This document shows positions 1-14,610 of a stretch of DNA of 64,000 nucleotides, in pieces (position 1 is the stretch's first letter; each line of letters begins with the position of its first letter). Location: positions 74,338,001 to 74,402,000 of the forward strand of contig NC_043002.1 in NCBI RefSeq assembly GCF_006345805.1, written 5' to 3'. The notes beneath the pieces were generated by a model. It was not told where the DNA came from. It saw only the letters and a list, made by a program, of their open reading frames with translations, and ran no database searches. A program made the position numbers and the translations under genes. This DNA comes from Octopus sinensis. Its lineage: Eukaryota.

Positions 1-214
1 ACATGAGGCATACATCCGTGTGTATATGCGTGTACTGATGTGTTAATACCCTAATGTGTGTGTGTGTGCATTAAATTTTGTAAGAATACATGTGTAACAC
101 TTACGTGGTGTGTGTGTGTGTGTGTGCATAATGTATGGTTGTATATTTTCATGTGATACATTAAATTTTGCAAGTATGTATGTATATGTCCGTGTGTGCG
201 TGTGTGCGTGTGTA

Positions 215-251
<37 letters not shown>

Positions 252-823
252 CAGTGTGAGAAATGCGTTAGTTAACTCGCATTATTTTCTTGATTCTCTG
301 AAAAGATGGTAACTTACAGGAAGTTTTGTAATGATCAACGTTGGGAAGGAGGGGTTCCGAACCGCACTACAACCATTGTTGTAGATATACATCTGTATCG
401 CAAACAGACCATTTTATAGCCATATACGTCGCGCATGCTCACTTCCCCTCTCCCACATACGTTTTTCTGTGTCAGTCGTAGTCATCTATGCGTTTTAGTG
501 ACACACGCTAACTGCTTATCAAAGTGGTCGGTTACAGTCGTGGCCATACTATTTACATTATCCAATCTCTCTCCCTCTCTCTCTCTCTCCCTCTAAATAT
601 CAGTAAGGATGTAAGATTTGAGCGAGTTTGGATGCTTCTCAGGTCTGACAGCAGTTATATGAAGGTCAGCAGAAGATATTAACGCGGAAATTTGATACGA
701 GGAAACCCGAAGACTTAGTCTTCGGGAAACTAAACAACAGCAACAATAATAACTGCTTCTTGTTTAGACACAAAGCCAGCAATTTTGAAGGAAAAGAGAG
801 TAGTGAATATACTCTTACTCTTT

Positions 824-1215
824 ACTCTTTTACTTGTTTCAGTCATTTGACTGTGGCCATGCTGGAGCACCGCCTTTAGTCGAGAAAATTGACCCTAGGA
901 CTTATTCTTTGTAAGCCTAGTACTTATTCTATCGGTCTCTTTTGCTGAACCGCTAAGTTACGGGGACGTAAACACATCACCATCGGTTGTCAAACGATGT
1001 TGGTGGGGAGGGGGACAAACACAGACATACAAACATATACACACAAATATATACATATACACGACGGGCTTCTTTCAGTTTCCGTCTACCAAATCCACTC
1101 ACAAGGCTTTGGTCGGCCCGAGGCTATAGTAGAAGACACTTGCCCAAGGTGCCACGCAGTGGGACTGAACCCTGTGGTTGGTAAGCAAGCTACTTACCAC
1201 ACAGCCATTCCTACG
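824..1215 (-). mobile_element. tRNA-derived SINE, family A
   Basis: Reverse complement of the family A consensus seen many times in the window (CCTTGGGCAAGTGTCTTCTACTATAGCCTCGGGCCGACC core, AAAGAGTA tail). Boundaries approximate. Confidence 0.85.
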
Positions 1216-1612
1216 GAAGAGGTAGACCCAGGAAGACCTGGGACGAAGTGGTGAAGCACAATCTTCGAACATTAGGCCTCACCGAGGCAATGACCAATAA
1301 CCGATATGAAGTACTTTATTTTATTTCCACGAGAAATATGAACGGTACAGTTGACGGAGGCGGGATTTCAACTCATTACGTAAAGTGCCCAAAGAAATAC
1401 CGCAAGGCCTTTTGACCAATGGTTTCTCGTATAGCACAAGGACATAAATTTCGAGGAAGGCGTAAATCGATTACGTCAACCCCAGAACTTGGAAACCCGC
1501 CAAGGGTAACTTTGCCCTTTTCATCCTCTCAGAATCGATAATTTCAAGTACCAGTCGATGCAGTCTATTAACTCAATCTCCTTTCAAAACTGCTAGCCTC
1601 AATTAGAAACCG

Positions 1613-1707
<95 letters not shown>

Positions 1708-1732
1708 AAGAAGAAGAAGCTCAGAAATAATA

Positions 1733-2130
1733 ACAAGCTCAGAAAATATAAAGACCTGCTCATTGAAATTGAGAAAATGTGGCATCTCAAGGCGGTTACA
1801 ATACCAGTGATCGTAGGAGCACTAGGAATGATCAAGAAGGAAACCGAAAATTATATGAGAACAATCCCTGGCTTACCATCCTGCAAGAAGTGCAAAAGAT
1901 TGTCTTAACTGGTACATCACACGTATTGAGAAGAGCATTGTCGATGTGAGAACTATTACTACCCATGTATTTTAATTTAACTTTATTTCTATCAAAAAAA
2001 AAAAAAGATGAACGAACTAGTGAGTTTAGTTTAATGGCCTACCAATGTATACTATGAGTTTCTTTGCCCTAGGAGTCGGGAAGACACTCGGCAAGAAACG
2101 GAAGCAAATTTGAAAGAAGAAGTAAAAACC
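1733..2130 (+). mobile_element. 3' end of an R4/Dong-like non-LTR retrotransposon (end of the restriction-like endonuclease domain plus 3' UTR)
   Basis: Translates NKLRKYKDLLIEIEKMWHLKAVTIPVIVGALGMIK...(frameshift)QEVQKIVLTGTSHVLRRALSM*. The KYxDLxxEIxxxW...PVIVGALG pattern is typical of R4-clade C-termini. Flanked by (AAT)n and (AAG)n tracts. Confidence 0.75.
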
Positions 2131-2246
2131 CATAAATAATAATAATAATGGCTTCAAATTTTGGCACAAGCCAGCAAGTTCGGGAGAAGGTGTACGTCGA
2201 TTACATCGACCCCAGTACTAAACAGGTACTTATTTTACCAAGCCCG

Positions 2247-2277
<31 letters not shown>

Positions 2278-2278
<1 letters not shown>

Positions 2279-2487
2279 GTTGAGCTGGTAGAACTGTTAG
2301 TATATCGGTAAAAATGCTTAGCGGCATTTCGTCCGTCTATACATCCCGAGTTCAAATACCGCTGAGGTCGACTTTGCCTTTCAACCTTTCGGGGTTGATA
2401 AATCAAGTACTAGTTTAGCACTGGGAGTCGATGTAATCGACCTAACCCCTACCTCGAATTTGTTGGCCTTGTGCCAAAATTTGAAAC

Positions 2488-2490
<3 letters not shown>
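2278..2490 (+). mobile_element. tRNA-derived SINE, family B (an inverted fragment lies at about 2150-2245)
   Basis: GAGCTGGTAGAA..GTTAG head, GAGTTCAAATAC B-box, GGTCGACTTTGCCTTTCA core, (ATT)n tail. Confidence 0.8.
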
Positions 2491-2554
<64 letters not shown>

Positions 2555-2938
2555 GATGAAGATGATGATAATAGCAACAACAATAACTAATGCACCAGTT
2601 AATTAACCCAATTTAATTAGAAACACACGATGTTCTTATTACCAGGCAACCGTACCAAGCAACAAATAATACCACATGATTGTTTATCGATAACTGTGGT
2701 GTCACTGATAGACCTAACCAACAGTAGTCCAACTAACGAAGGAACTTCCACGTGGTTTTTGCTCTATCTACTAAAAACCGCAGTCAGCTTAACTCCTATC
2801 CTTAAATCACAGCCTGCAGTCTTGAAAATGTATTGGTATCAATTTAATGTTCTTATAAAACATCTTAGATAGAAATATTATTAGAAAGAACTAGGCCTTA
2901 AAAAAAGGAGGGAGAGCAGGACACATGGGAGTGTGTAG

Positions 2939-3145
2939 TTCCTTACTCTTTTACTTGTTTCAGTCATTTCGACTGCGGCCATGCTGGAGCACCGTCTTTA
3001 GTCGAGGAAATCGACTCCAGGACTTATTCTTTGTAAGCCTAGTACTTATTATATCGGTCCCTTTTGCCGAACCGTTAAGGTACGGGGACGTAAACACACC
3101 AGCATCGGTTGTCAAGCGATGTTGGGGGGACACACACAAACACAT

Positions 3146-3218
<73 letters not shown>

Positions 3219-3380
3219 ACGGGTTTCTTTCAGTTTCCGTCTACCAAATTCACTCACAAGGCTTTGGTCGGCCCGAGGCTATAGTAGAAGACACTTGCCC
3301 AAGGTGCCACGCAGTGGAACTGAACCCGGAACTATGCGGTTGGTAAACAAGTTACTTACTACACAGCCACTCCTGCGCCT
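2939..3380 (-). mobile_element. SINE family A with internal (CA)n(TA)n
   Basis: Full-length match to the other family A copies. Confidence 0.85.
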
Positions 3381-3570
3381 CCTTATATACAAAATTAATA
3401 TATGGTCTTGATTGCTTTATCAGAGGTGATCAGGTGTGGACGATAACAATTCTGCTTTACAACACTAGTCTATGAAAGAATATAATTACTGGGTTAAAGA
3501 AGAAAACTAATGGAGGAATGGATCTGTGTTCGCAGCAGTCGATTCTATCAAAAATACTGATGTACCATAG

Positions 3571-3803
3571 CAGTGGTCTTTAAAACCATTTTTTATTATG
3601 AACGCCTTTGATGCCTATTTTACTGTACCTCCATAGCCATTCAACGTATATAAAAAAAATACTACTATATTTTTATAACTAAATATTATTAAGAATTGTA
3701 AAAAAAATAGAAGTTAAATATTTTGTATGTTGTAGAGGTATAAGCAATGTATTGCACAAAGTTTAACAACAAAATTTTATGTAGACGCTGGTTGAGAACC
3801 ACT
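3571..3803. mobile_element. hAT-like non-autonomous element (MITE)
   Basis: Left end CAGTGGTCTTTAAAACCA and right end TGGTTGAGAACCACT resemble Charlie-type TIRs. The interior is homologous to 25602-25830. No clean TSD. Confidence 0.55.
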
Positions 3804-4409
3804 TATGCCATAAGAAGGACAAATAACTAACATTTGAGACAACACCATTTAACCGAAACGTAAGATATTTTTTATGTCATAGTTATACATTAATAAATTG
3901 CACTTTTTAAATGTTAACATTTTGCAACACGAACCAGAAAGATTAAATAGAAAATATCGCCTGAACTCTTTCTTAAAAGGTAGTTTTGCAAATATACACC
4001 AGCTGACAGCATTAGGAAGAAATGAAACAGGCGGAGAGTGGGGATGGTTCACATGCAGTTAACCGTCGTAAAAAAGTGAAAGTAAATTGTCAAAAAAGAA
4101 AAGAAAAGTAAACTGCGATCGAAACTGTAAGTGATAGTATTTGATATCTGATGTGTGCCCTACCTATGCGGATCTCGGCAACTTCTATGCTCATTAAGTT
4201 GTCAACCATTCACTCAGTTCCACTGATCCAATCGCTGACAGATTATACAAGGGCGACGGATGGTTACCATGAAGAAACTCAGGCGACAATGTGGGACTAA
4301 TTGTGGTTTATTTACATCATATCTTCAGGAACATGTGTGACGAAACATATTTAGACGTCGTGGAAAACTATTCCCGAATTTCATTTCATGTATCAATGAC
4401 TGTTGTTTT

Positions 4410-4569
4410 CCTGTGTGGTAAGAAGCTTGCTTCCCAAGCAAATGTTTCCGAGTTCAGTCCCACTGCATGACAGGCATCTTGGACTAGTGTGTTCTACGTT
4501 CTACTATAGCCTCGGGCCGACAAAAGCCTTGGGAGTGGATTAGGTAAACAGAAATTAAAAGAAGCTCGT

Positions 4570-4642
<73 letters not shown>

Positions 4643-4862
4643 CGTGTGTGTATGCGTGTGCGTGAGTGTATTTGTGCGCCACTACCACTTGACAACCAGT
4701 GTTGGTGTGTTTATGTCCCCGCAACTTAGCGTTCGGCAAAAGCGACCGATAAAATAAGTACCAGGCTTTTAAAAAATAAGTACTGGAGTCGATTCATTCG
4801 ACTAAAATTCTTCAAGGTGGTGTCCCAGCATGGCCACAGTCTAATGACTGAAACAAGTAGAA
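4410..4862 (+). mobile_element. SINE family A
   Basis: Family A head, core and tail with internal (TA)n(GT)n. Confidence 0.8.
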
Positions 4863-6168
4863 GAATGTGATATAGAATATATGCATGTTCTACACAAAAA
4901 TTATGCTACATACATTGTTTACATGAAAGTATGGAGGGTCATTGTCGTCACTTCCGGTTTGAATAGAATTTTACTTTCATTTTCTTAAAATAATTTACTT
5001 TTACTTTTATCCGACGATAAACCGCAGGTTAACCAGTGGGGTAGAGTTCTGACAATGTCCATCAGTGAACTTTGATCTAAATAGAGAGAAATTTGATCCA
5101 AATATTTAATGTTACGCAAATCTTTCTTTTCGGTCATTTTTATTCGAGTTCCAATGTTTAAATATTTACAAAGTGTGATTTATTGCTGTATGTAGGTCGG
5201 AAAAATATTTCGCATTCCGGCTGAAACCGATAGAATAAGTACTAGGCTTAAAAAAATAAATCCTGGAATCGATTTGTTCGACTAAGACCCTTCTAAGCGG
5301 TGTTCCAGCTTGGCCGCAGTCAAATGACTGAAACAAGTAAAGGAATAAAATAATTTTAAAAAAAACCCGAAATATAACAATATCTCTTAAAGGGGTTGTG
5401 ATTAAAAACCACAAGGCATAAGAAGTATGGAAAAAGAAGAATAGGAAAACAGGAGAAAAACTAATGAAAAAATATAAGGTTACACCAGCCAGCCTAACTA
5501 CTACTCGTAGCTAATAAGGCTAACTTGACCCAGAAGATCCTTCTTCATAATAGAAGAAGAATGTGTGTGTGTGTGTGTGTGCGTTTTCAGTAAAGTGAGC
5601 AAAAAATATATGGAATAAAACGACGAATAAATAAAAAAAAAAAAAAGAATTCCCCTATTTCTGCGGTTAAGTGAAAAAAAAAAATCTTTATCATAGAAAG
5701 GGAGCAGACTTGATTGAATAATGGGCATATATGACGGTCTGAAAAGAACAGGTCTGAACACGGAGAACACACACAAACATGTAAATAGCATATACTTGCA
5801 ATACACATGCATACACACACACACACACACGCGCGTACACACACACACACACACACATAGCTGTACATGCAACATGCATACTTAAAAAATAGATGAGTGT
5901 GTGCGCATAAAATATACGTTTCTATACATATATATGTGTGCGTGTGTGTGTGTGTGTGTGTATATGTCTGTACATACATACATGCACATGTACATACATA
6001 TATGTACATAAACATATAAAATGTATGTATCTATATGTATGTGTGCGTGCGTGTATGTATGTATGTATTTATGTGTGTTTCTACATATATATTGTACTTA
6101 TTCTATCGGGTTCTTTTGCCGAACCGCTAGGTTCCGAGGACATGTGTGTGTGTATATATATGTGTGTG

Positions 6169-6221
<53 letters not shown>

Positions 6222-6233
6222 GTATATATATAT

Positions 6234-6304
<71 letters not shown>

Positions 6305-7019
6305 AAGGCATTTAGCTATCAGGTATACAAATACAAATGGTACTAATAGCTGAAGAATTTACCAAGTCCAAAGAAGGACCAACAATGACCAACCCTGGGA
6401 AATTTAAGCGCTATTTCTATGAGGTAAAATGACTACGCTGAGGCCCACTTGTTAAAACGCGCTAATTAAGAAGATAATTAATTACATCAGGTAACTGAAA
6501 CGGTGTCATAAATAAAAGCATATAATGTATATGCTTAATTATGCAGGTACATAGGGTAATTTTCGAGATGCCTTTCCAGGTAGACAGGTGTGTATAACTT
6601 AGTAGGGTTATAGACAGGTGGGTCAGGTAATTAGTTCTTCACATGGGAACGCTTATACCTATGTGCACACGCATACTTGGAAATGGTATAAAAGCATTTG
6701 CACACACATATGCACACACACATACACGCGCGTGCACACACATACACATACATCGATACGTGCAACACACGAAAGTGTTAGAGTTTTAATGTGCTTAACA
6801 TATTAACATACACACCCACCCATTTTATATGTGTGTATGTGTGTGTGTGTGTGTGGGGGGGGTAATGTGCGTGTGTGGGTATGTATACATACATATATGC
6901 ACAAACATATAAAGTACATACACACTCCCTCATATAATCTGCACTTACTCCAACACACATACAAGCGGATATATACACATTCTTTGAGTATTTTAAAATG
7001 TCTCAAAGCTTGTATTTGT

Positions 7020-7059
<40 letters not shown>

Positions 7060-7061
<2 letters not shown>

Positions 7062-7119
7062 TATCCATTTATCTATCTATCTATCTATCCATCCATCTAC
7101 CTAACTACCTATCTGTCTG

Positions 7120-7189
<70 letters not shown>

Positions 7190-7219
7190 CATCCATCCAT
7201 CCACCTAACTACCTGTCTG

Positions 7220-7253
<34 letters not shown>

Positions 7254-7275
7254 CACCTAACTACCTGTCTGTCTG

Positions 7276-7309
<34 letters not shown>

Positions 7310-7360
7310 CTCTATCTATCTACCTACCTACCTATCCATCCATCCATCTATCTATCCATA
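7060..7360. repeat. (TCTA)n microsatellite
   Basis: Direct reading. Confidence 0.95.
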
Positions 7361-7431
7361 TAGTTTACTTATCTGTTAAGGTAGGATCAACAACAACAAA
7401 ACAAGTTCTCCATCTGGTGAGAGATAAGCAT

Positions 7432-7636
7432 TGTTTAATATACGAAGTATATGGTTATGAGCTACTTATAGTTTCATACATTGAAGATATAAGATATTGT
7501 TTAGGCAGGTTTTAAAACACGCCTAGTGTCTGAAGATTACTGGGAGGCACTAGACGTGATTTAAAACCTGCCTAAATAACATCTTCAATGTATGAAACTT
7601 TAGTAGTTCATAGATATATTCCGTGTATATTAAACA
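7432..7636. repeat. Fold-back inverted repeat, arms about 90 bp, MITE-like
   Basis: TGTTTAATATAC...TTTAGGCAGGTTTTAAAACACGCCTAGTG matches the reverse complement of CACTAGACGTGATTTAAAACCTGCCTAAA...GTATATTAAACA, with a short spacer. Confidence 0.85.
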
Positions 7637-7751
7637 TTGTGTGTGTACACACACACACACACACATACATATAGACAGATAGATAGACAGACAGACAGAC
7701 ATACATACATACAGACAGACAGACAGACAGACAGATAGATAGACAGATAGG

Positions 7752-7807
<56 letters not shown>

Positions 7808-8204
7808 AGGTAGATAGATAGACAGACAGATATGCATACACACGAATATGTATGTGTACACACTTGCACACATGAACACATGCGTACAGAGATACGTGTG
7901 TGTATGTGTGTATGTGAGAGAGTTTGGCTCATGTAACCTTCATATAATCCAGACAAAAGCCGACAGACCCAGGTCATGCTTAACTTGCGTTTTGAAATGT
8001 GACAAGTATATATACATATATATGCATAACAAAATGCATGTGCATTTGCATGCCTATGCGGGCGCACACAGAGTTTAGCTAACAGATTATATTACTCTAT
8101 ATTAGTATTCAGCACTCTTATTTTCTCGTAGTTGTTCATACAAACGTCTATACATTCATCCCACTTTCCTACTCTCTCTTTCTCTTTCTCCCTCTTCCCT
8201 CCCC

Positions 8205-8239
<35 letters not shown>

Positions 8240-8270
8240 CACATACAATCATACATACACATAGTTGCAT

Positions 8271-8303
<33 letters not shown>

Positions 8304-8754
8304 TACCTACCCAGGCGGTACCCCAGTATGGCCGCAAGCATTCAACTTTTTTCAGTCCAAGGGATTATAGCAGATAAAGCTATGATCTATATATATAGCT
8401 TTATCTGCTTCGAGTTGCACCGTTACATACGATTCATTTCATCTCTTGCTCGAAGTCTCAAAATTCTTATGACGTAAACAATATGCACACGCGCCTGCAT
8501 GCAGATTTGTATTTGCATTGTCGACGATATATAAATTTATAAGTTATCGAAACAAAAAAAAAAAACGTGGAGTAATTCTTTATTGGAATTGGTTCTCGAA
8601 GTACATATAAATAGCATGTAAATATTGGGCTGAAAACCTCTTTTGGATAGAATAGCTGAAGGATGCCAATATTTACGTAACATTATTAGTAGCTTATATG
8701 TACTTCGAGAAACAATTAGGAAAATAAACAGATATGGATGTATTCAGGTACCTA

Positions 8755-9245
8755 GGTATGTATGTATGTATGTATGTATGTATGTATGTATGTATGTATG
8801 TATGTATGTATGTATGTATGTATGTATGCAGGATGTGTATGTTTGTATGTATGTATATATGTATGTATATATGCATGTATGTATGTGTGTATGTGTGTAT
8901 GTATGTATGTATGTATGTATGTATGTATGTATGTATGTATGTATGTATGTATGATGTATGTATGTGTGTGTATGTGTGTATGTATGTATGTATGTATGTA
9001 TGCATGCATGTATGCATGAATGCATGCATGTATGTATGCATGCATGTATGCATGAATGCATGCATGTATGTATGTATGTATGTATGTATGTATGTATGTA
9101 TGTATGTATGTATGTATGTATGTATGTATGTATGTATGTATGTGTGTATGTATGTATGTATGTATGTATAGATGTATGTATGCATGTATGTATGTGTGTG
9201 TGTGTATGTATGTATGTATGTATGTATGTATGTATGTATGTATAT
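8755..9245. repeat. (TATG)n microsatellite
   Basis: Direct reading. It accounts for the MYVC and IHTY ORFs. Confidence 0.95.
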
Positions 9246-9619
9246 GCGGGTATGATATCTATAATACACGTAAGCATATACACACATATTCATGTATAGA
9301 GATGCATTCTGTTTTAAATTAAAAAAATACACGGATAAAATGTCGTCCCTGACATAAAATGGCAGTGTAGTCACAGCTGGAACGTCTTTGATAAGAGATC
9401 TCGATCAAGGCTGACCCGGGACTAAACAACAACAACAAACGAACGTCGGTTTTGTTGTTATTTTTCAATCTGAAATTGTTATTTGCTTCTAATCTTAGTA
9501 ACGAAACACGGACATGGGACGAAGATAATGTGCAAAGATCAAAAAGAAATAAAGCCAGAATGCTCCGTTGGGCGTGTAACGTTTGATGTGCATGAACCTA
9601 GGAACAGTAATGGGCTCGT

Positions 9620-9760
9620 ATGAGGAAAAGAACTACATAAAGAGGAATCAGCTGTAGGATGCAAAGAGAGAAGGATGCGCTGGTACGGACATGTGATGCG
9701 TTATGAAGTATGACAGCAAGTGTCCAAGCATTCCTAGAGGAAGGAACCAGCGAAAGAAGC
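9620..9760 (+). mobile_element. 3' fragment of an RTE-clade LINE
   Basis: Encodes RRMRWYGHVMR, the RTE C-terminal RxRWxGHVxR motif. Confidence 0.6.
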
Positions 9761-9883
9761 GTTGAAGACGACTCGTCCAAACCACGCAACGAAGAGGGTG
9801 GGAAACAAATGTTAAACGATACTGATTATGATGGTGTTTATATGTACATACATACATACATACATACATACTACAACACACAC

Positions 9884-9972
<89 letters not shown>

Positions 9973-10046
9973 ACATATATATATATATATATACATATAT
10001 ATATACATATATATATATACATATATATATATACATATATATATAC

Positions 10047-10091
<45 letters not shown>

Positions 10092-10096
10092 ACCAC

Positions 10097-10328
10097 ACAA
10101 TTGCAGCGTGGAAGGTGTTTGTAAGCCATTTAAGAAACACACAAAAGCCGTTCGATTCACTTCAACATTTAAGTTATCAGCACGGATTTTTGTCAGTGAA
10201 CAGGTGGCGGATTTTAGCGACGAAAATATTTTGACAAATTAAATTAAATGTTGAAGTGAATCGAACGGCTTTTGTGTGTTTCTTAAATGGCTTACAAACA
10301 CCTTCCACGCTGCAATTGTTTTCGTTTG

Positions 10329-10333
<5 letters not shown>
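10097..10333 (+). mobile_element. PLE pseudo-LTR-like relic: inverted 3' end plus a forward copy, between (TA)n tracts
   Basis: Identical 76-bp inverted arms at 10097-10172 and 10244-10319, with an HHR-like motif in the spacer. Confidence 0.7.
10189..10238 (+). ncRNA. Minimal hammerhead ribozyme motif with G3-C8 swapped core
   Basis: Stem I TTTGTCA/TGACAAA (7 bp), core GTGAACA plus one extra G, stem II GTGGC/GCGAC (one mismatch), GAAA, palindromic AATATT, then U17. Confidence 0.6.
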
Positions 10334-10425
<92 letters not shown>

Positions 10426-10651
10426 TGTGTGTGTGTATATATATATATATATATTTGTGTGTGTATATATAATATGTGTGTATATATATAATATATATAT
10501 ATGTGTGTGTGTGTGTGTGTATGTATGTTGTAATGTTATTTATGTATATGTATGTAGTATTATTATGTATATGTATGTATCATATATGTGCATATATGTA
10601 TAAAATGTATATATCTATATGCACATACATGATACATACATACACATACAT

Positions 10652-10702
<51 letters not shown>

Positions 10703-10858
10703 ATATATATATATATAATAGATATATATTATAATTATAATAATATATAATATATACATATAACAATATATACAATATATAATTATATACACACAAACAT
10801 GCATACATGGAAACAAATATATTGATGTATATATATATGCTTTCAGATATATATATAT

Positions 10859-10912
<54 letters not shown>

Positions 10913-10971
10913 ATTCATATACACAGACACATGTGGTGTTGTGCTTATATATATATATATATATATATATC

Positions 10972-11007
<36 letters not shown>

Positions 11008-11088
11008 CTATATAATATTATATATATATATATATACATATATGTATACGATAGATAGATAGATGATAGATTAGATAGATAGATAGAT

Positions 11089-11140
<52 letters not shown>

Positions 11141-11567
11141 TAGATATAGATAGATAGATATGAACATACATACACATCCTCACACACATGCAGTTAACCG
11201 CATTTGCAAATCTCGGGCAGACCTGAATTCCAACATGAAACGAAACAAAACAACAGACTCAGAGGGAGAGTGTGCAGCTGTGTCCGGTTGAACCCTCGTT
11301 GGTCGAAGCGGCGAAAGAATCCAACACACACACACACCACACACACACACACACACACACGAAAACACAAATATACGAATACACACGCACATAAATATGC
11401 ACGCACAAACAAACAAAAATGTCGGCAAGTAGAATGAAAATATGGGTGACAGAGGAGGGTTGTTGATGTTGATATCGATGTTCGTGATGCTGATCATGAA
11501 AATTATGACGATGGGTGATCATGGAACTGGGGCGTTATGTTAACGGTGGTGGGGGTGATAGTGGCGG

Positions 11568-11601
<34 letters not shown>

Positions 11602-12907
11602 GGTGGTGGTGGTAGTGGTGGTGATGTCGGTGGTATCTTTGGCAGTGATGACGGTGATGACAGTGTTGTTGTATGTGGTGGCGGTGGCGGTGGTGGTGTC
11701 GAAAGCAATGGTGATGCTGGTAAAGCTATGTTGACATACCTTGTTGATGGTCGTTAGCGGAGCTGTAAGGAACTGGAGGTGGCGTTGGTATATGATGGTA
11801 GTTGAGGTGGTAGTTGAGGTGGTAGTTGTGGTGGTGGTGTGGTGGTGAGGATGTTTGTGGTGTAGCAGTCAAGAAGAAGTGAAAAAAAAAAATTAAAAAA
11901 AAAAAAAAAGAATCAAATAGAAGAAAGCAATGATTCAAAACGTAGATAGTTTGGTTTTGTTACCTGCGTATTAGGGGAGGTACCAGCAATTAAAATGTTC
12001 TCAAAACCTCAGCGCACGCTTTAACTGTATCCAACTTTCGATCCGTAAGCCTCAGGTAACAATAACAACACCAATAACAGCAACAGCAGCAGCAACAGCA
12101 GTGACAACAGCAGCAGTAGTTAAAACAACAACAGGAACCACGGCTAACAGAAACGACGACGACAACAACAACAACAACAACAACGATGATATGTACAACT
12201 TAGCTTATTAATTTCAGGCCGGCACGACTGGCCTGTACCGTGTACGTAGACAGATGTGTGTATATGATATATATATATGTATATAATTTATACAGGCAGA
12301 TACAGGTAAGGGGTGTATAGCCAGCTAGACCTGGAATCGTGCAGGCATTCTTTCTGAGTCGACCTGTACTAGCTTGCATGCATAGCGGTACATACATGTC
12401 AGGCCGATATTTACGCCAGTTACAAATCCAAGTGAGGAACAGTCAGCGTACCACCGCTTCTTCGGCTCTGGGAAGCCCGTCTGGACATGCCACGGGCCAA
12501 CGCTAAGCTCTCGACGGATACACAGGCTGTTCGCTCTTGTTTGCGGTAAATAAATGAATATTAGATAAGTAAGTAAGTAAATAAATAAATAAATAAGGAG
12601 AAACTCATGCCAGACTGACTACGTACTGCCGCTTGCTTCACTGACTCCAGAATGCGTTTCATTTCGCATAGAATTCCGTGCTTCAGTGACCAGCTCGAAG
12701 AGTGGAGGGGCCTCGAATAAAAACAAGCCATGTATATCTATAAACTTACATAAGACCATCTTTCTATTTATCCATCTCTATTTTTCTCTCCCTCTCTTTT
12801 TCGCTCCCTTCCTCTCTCTCTCTCCCTCTAACAGGTACATCCTTATTTCTCTATCCACCTTCATACACTCCCACACGCATATTTCCTCACGTATATCCTC
12901 TCCCCAC

Positions 12908-12958
<51 letters not shown>

Positions 12959-13398
12959 ATCACCCTCGTCCACTTCTGTTTTTTGGTCAGGTAGATATCA
13001 CAGACAGGAATAAAATCAATATAAAGAGAGAGAGAGAGAGAGGGGGGGACAGAAGGGGAGAGGGAGAGAGAAAGGAGGGAGTAGAAAGGGAGAGAAAAAG
13101 AGAGAAAGAGGGAGAGAGAGAGAGGTAGAGAGCCATTGATCGTATCGTATTTCCAGGTGTGCGTGTCCAAACCTGACATTTAGTGTAAATGGCGTCGGAA
13201 ATGTTTCATATTTGACCAACCACCTTCCCTTACAGCAACACCGCCTCCACTGCCGCCGCCGTTACCACCACCAACACCACCGCCGCCGCCGCCACTACCA
13301 CTACCACCGCCACCACCACCGTTATCACTATCACTATCACCAACCATCGTAATTTTCGCGAGACACAGGGTGACGATATTCGATATTCTTAACACGAA

Positions 13399-13457
<59 letters not shown>

Positions 13458-13578
13458 AGGGAGGGAGAGAGAGAGAGAAATATATATATAGATATAGATA
13501 TAGATATATATATATATACGTATGTATGTATGTACGTATGTATCCGTCTAACACGCATACATACACGCATATAAATAT

Positions 13579-13632
<54 letters not shown>

Positions 13633-13806
13633 GCACATACATATACAAGTATACGTGGCATACTTATATGCACGTATATACAGGCTAACTATCTCAGAGA
13701 CGATGTTTATAAAAATTCCTTCTTGTCTTTGAACAGTTAGTCCATAATTTAAAAAATTTATCCACCACCCGATCTCCTTACTGAGTGTTTTGTTGTTTTT
13801 TATATA

Positions 13807-13920
<114 letters not shown>

Positions 13921-14290
13921 CAGATATAGGTATATTAATGAATGACAAGGGACGAGGAGTCACATAATCGACTTCAATAGCTTAAAGCTGTTTCAGCTAT
14001 AAGATGAATTGTACTCAGAGTGTTTGTGCAACATCCCATAGCTTCCTCGGAACCACAGATATACACACTCACATATAAATATGTAACTGTGTGTGTATTT
14101 ACACACACAACACACACACACACACACCGACACACACACACATATATATATATATATGGAAGGGTGTACTCACACGATCGCATTGTGACCATTGCTTAGA
14201 CACCTAGCTCTCGTTCATCTCTTTTTATGACCATTATCACATACAAATACGTAGTAAACGTCTAACATAGTGGAGAGAAGAAGAAGAAGA

Positions 14291-14324
<34 letters not shown>

Positions 14325-14350
14325 GGGGGAGAGTGAATGTGTGAGATATA

Positions 14351-14610
14351 TTGGGTTGTCCGGAAAGTTCGTGCCGATTTATAGTAGCTTACCTTTCGAC
14401 ATATATTAGAACATGGCTGAGTCCATAAAATAGGATTTGACTACACCTCCATTTAAAGCACAGTTTAAGCTATCTTTTCGTGGAAGAAGGTTTATGTTCC
14501 TATAACCTGTGTTAATTCTGTAACCCTTTAAAATGGAAGATAAGAAAGTTCATTTTCGGCACTTGATGCTTTGGGAACCAGACAAAAATTGTTGCAGCTC
14601 GGCTAAATCT
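14351..14610 (+). mobile_element. Internally deleted mariner
   Basis: TA followed by TIR-like TTGGGTTGTCCGGAAAGTTCGTGCCGATTT. The transposase N-terminus MEDKKVHFRHLMLW is joined directly to a C-terminal TRQKLLQLG segment. No right TIR seen. Confidence 0.7.

Noticed and set aside
6470-6520. GAAGA...TTAC/GTAA...GAAAC, a possible HHR (also a CCGATGA...ACACGTGTC candidate near 17900)
   Set aside because: Too many core mismatches and no stem I, so chance is plausible.
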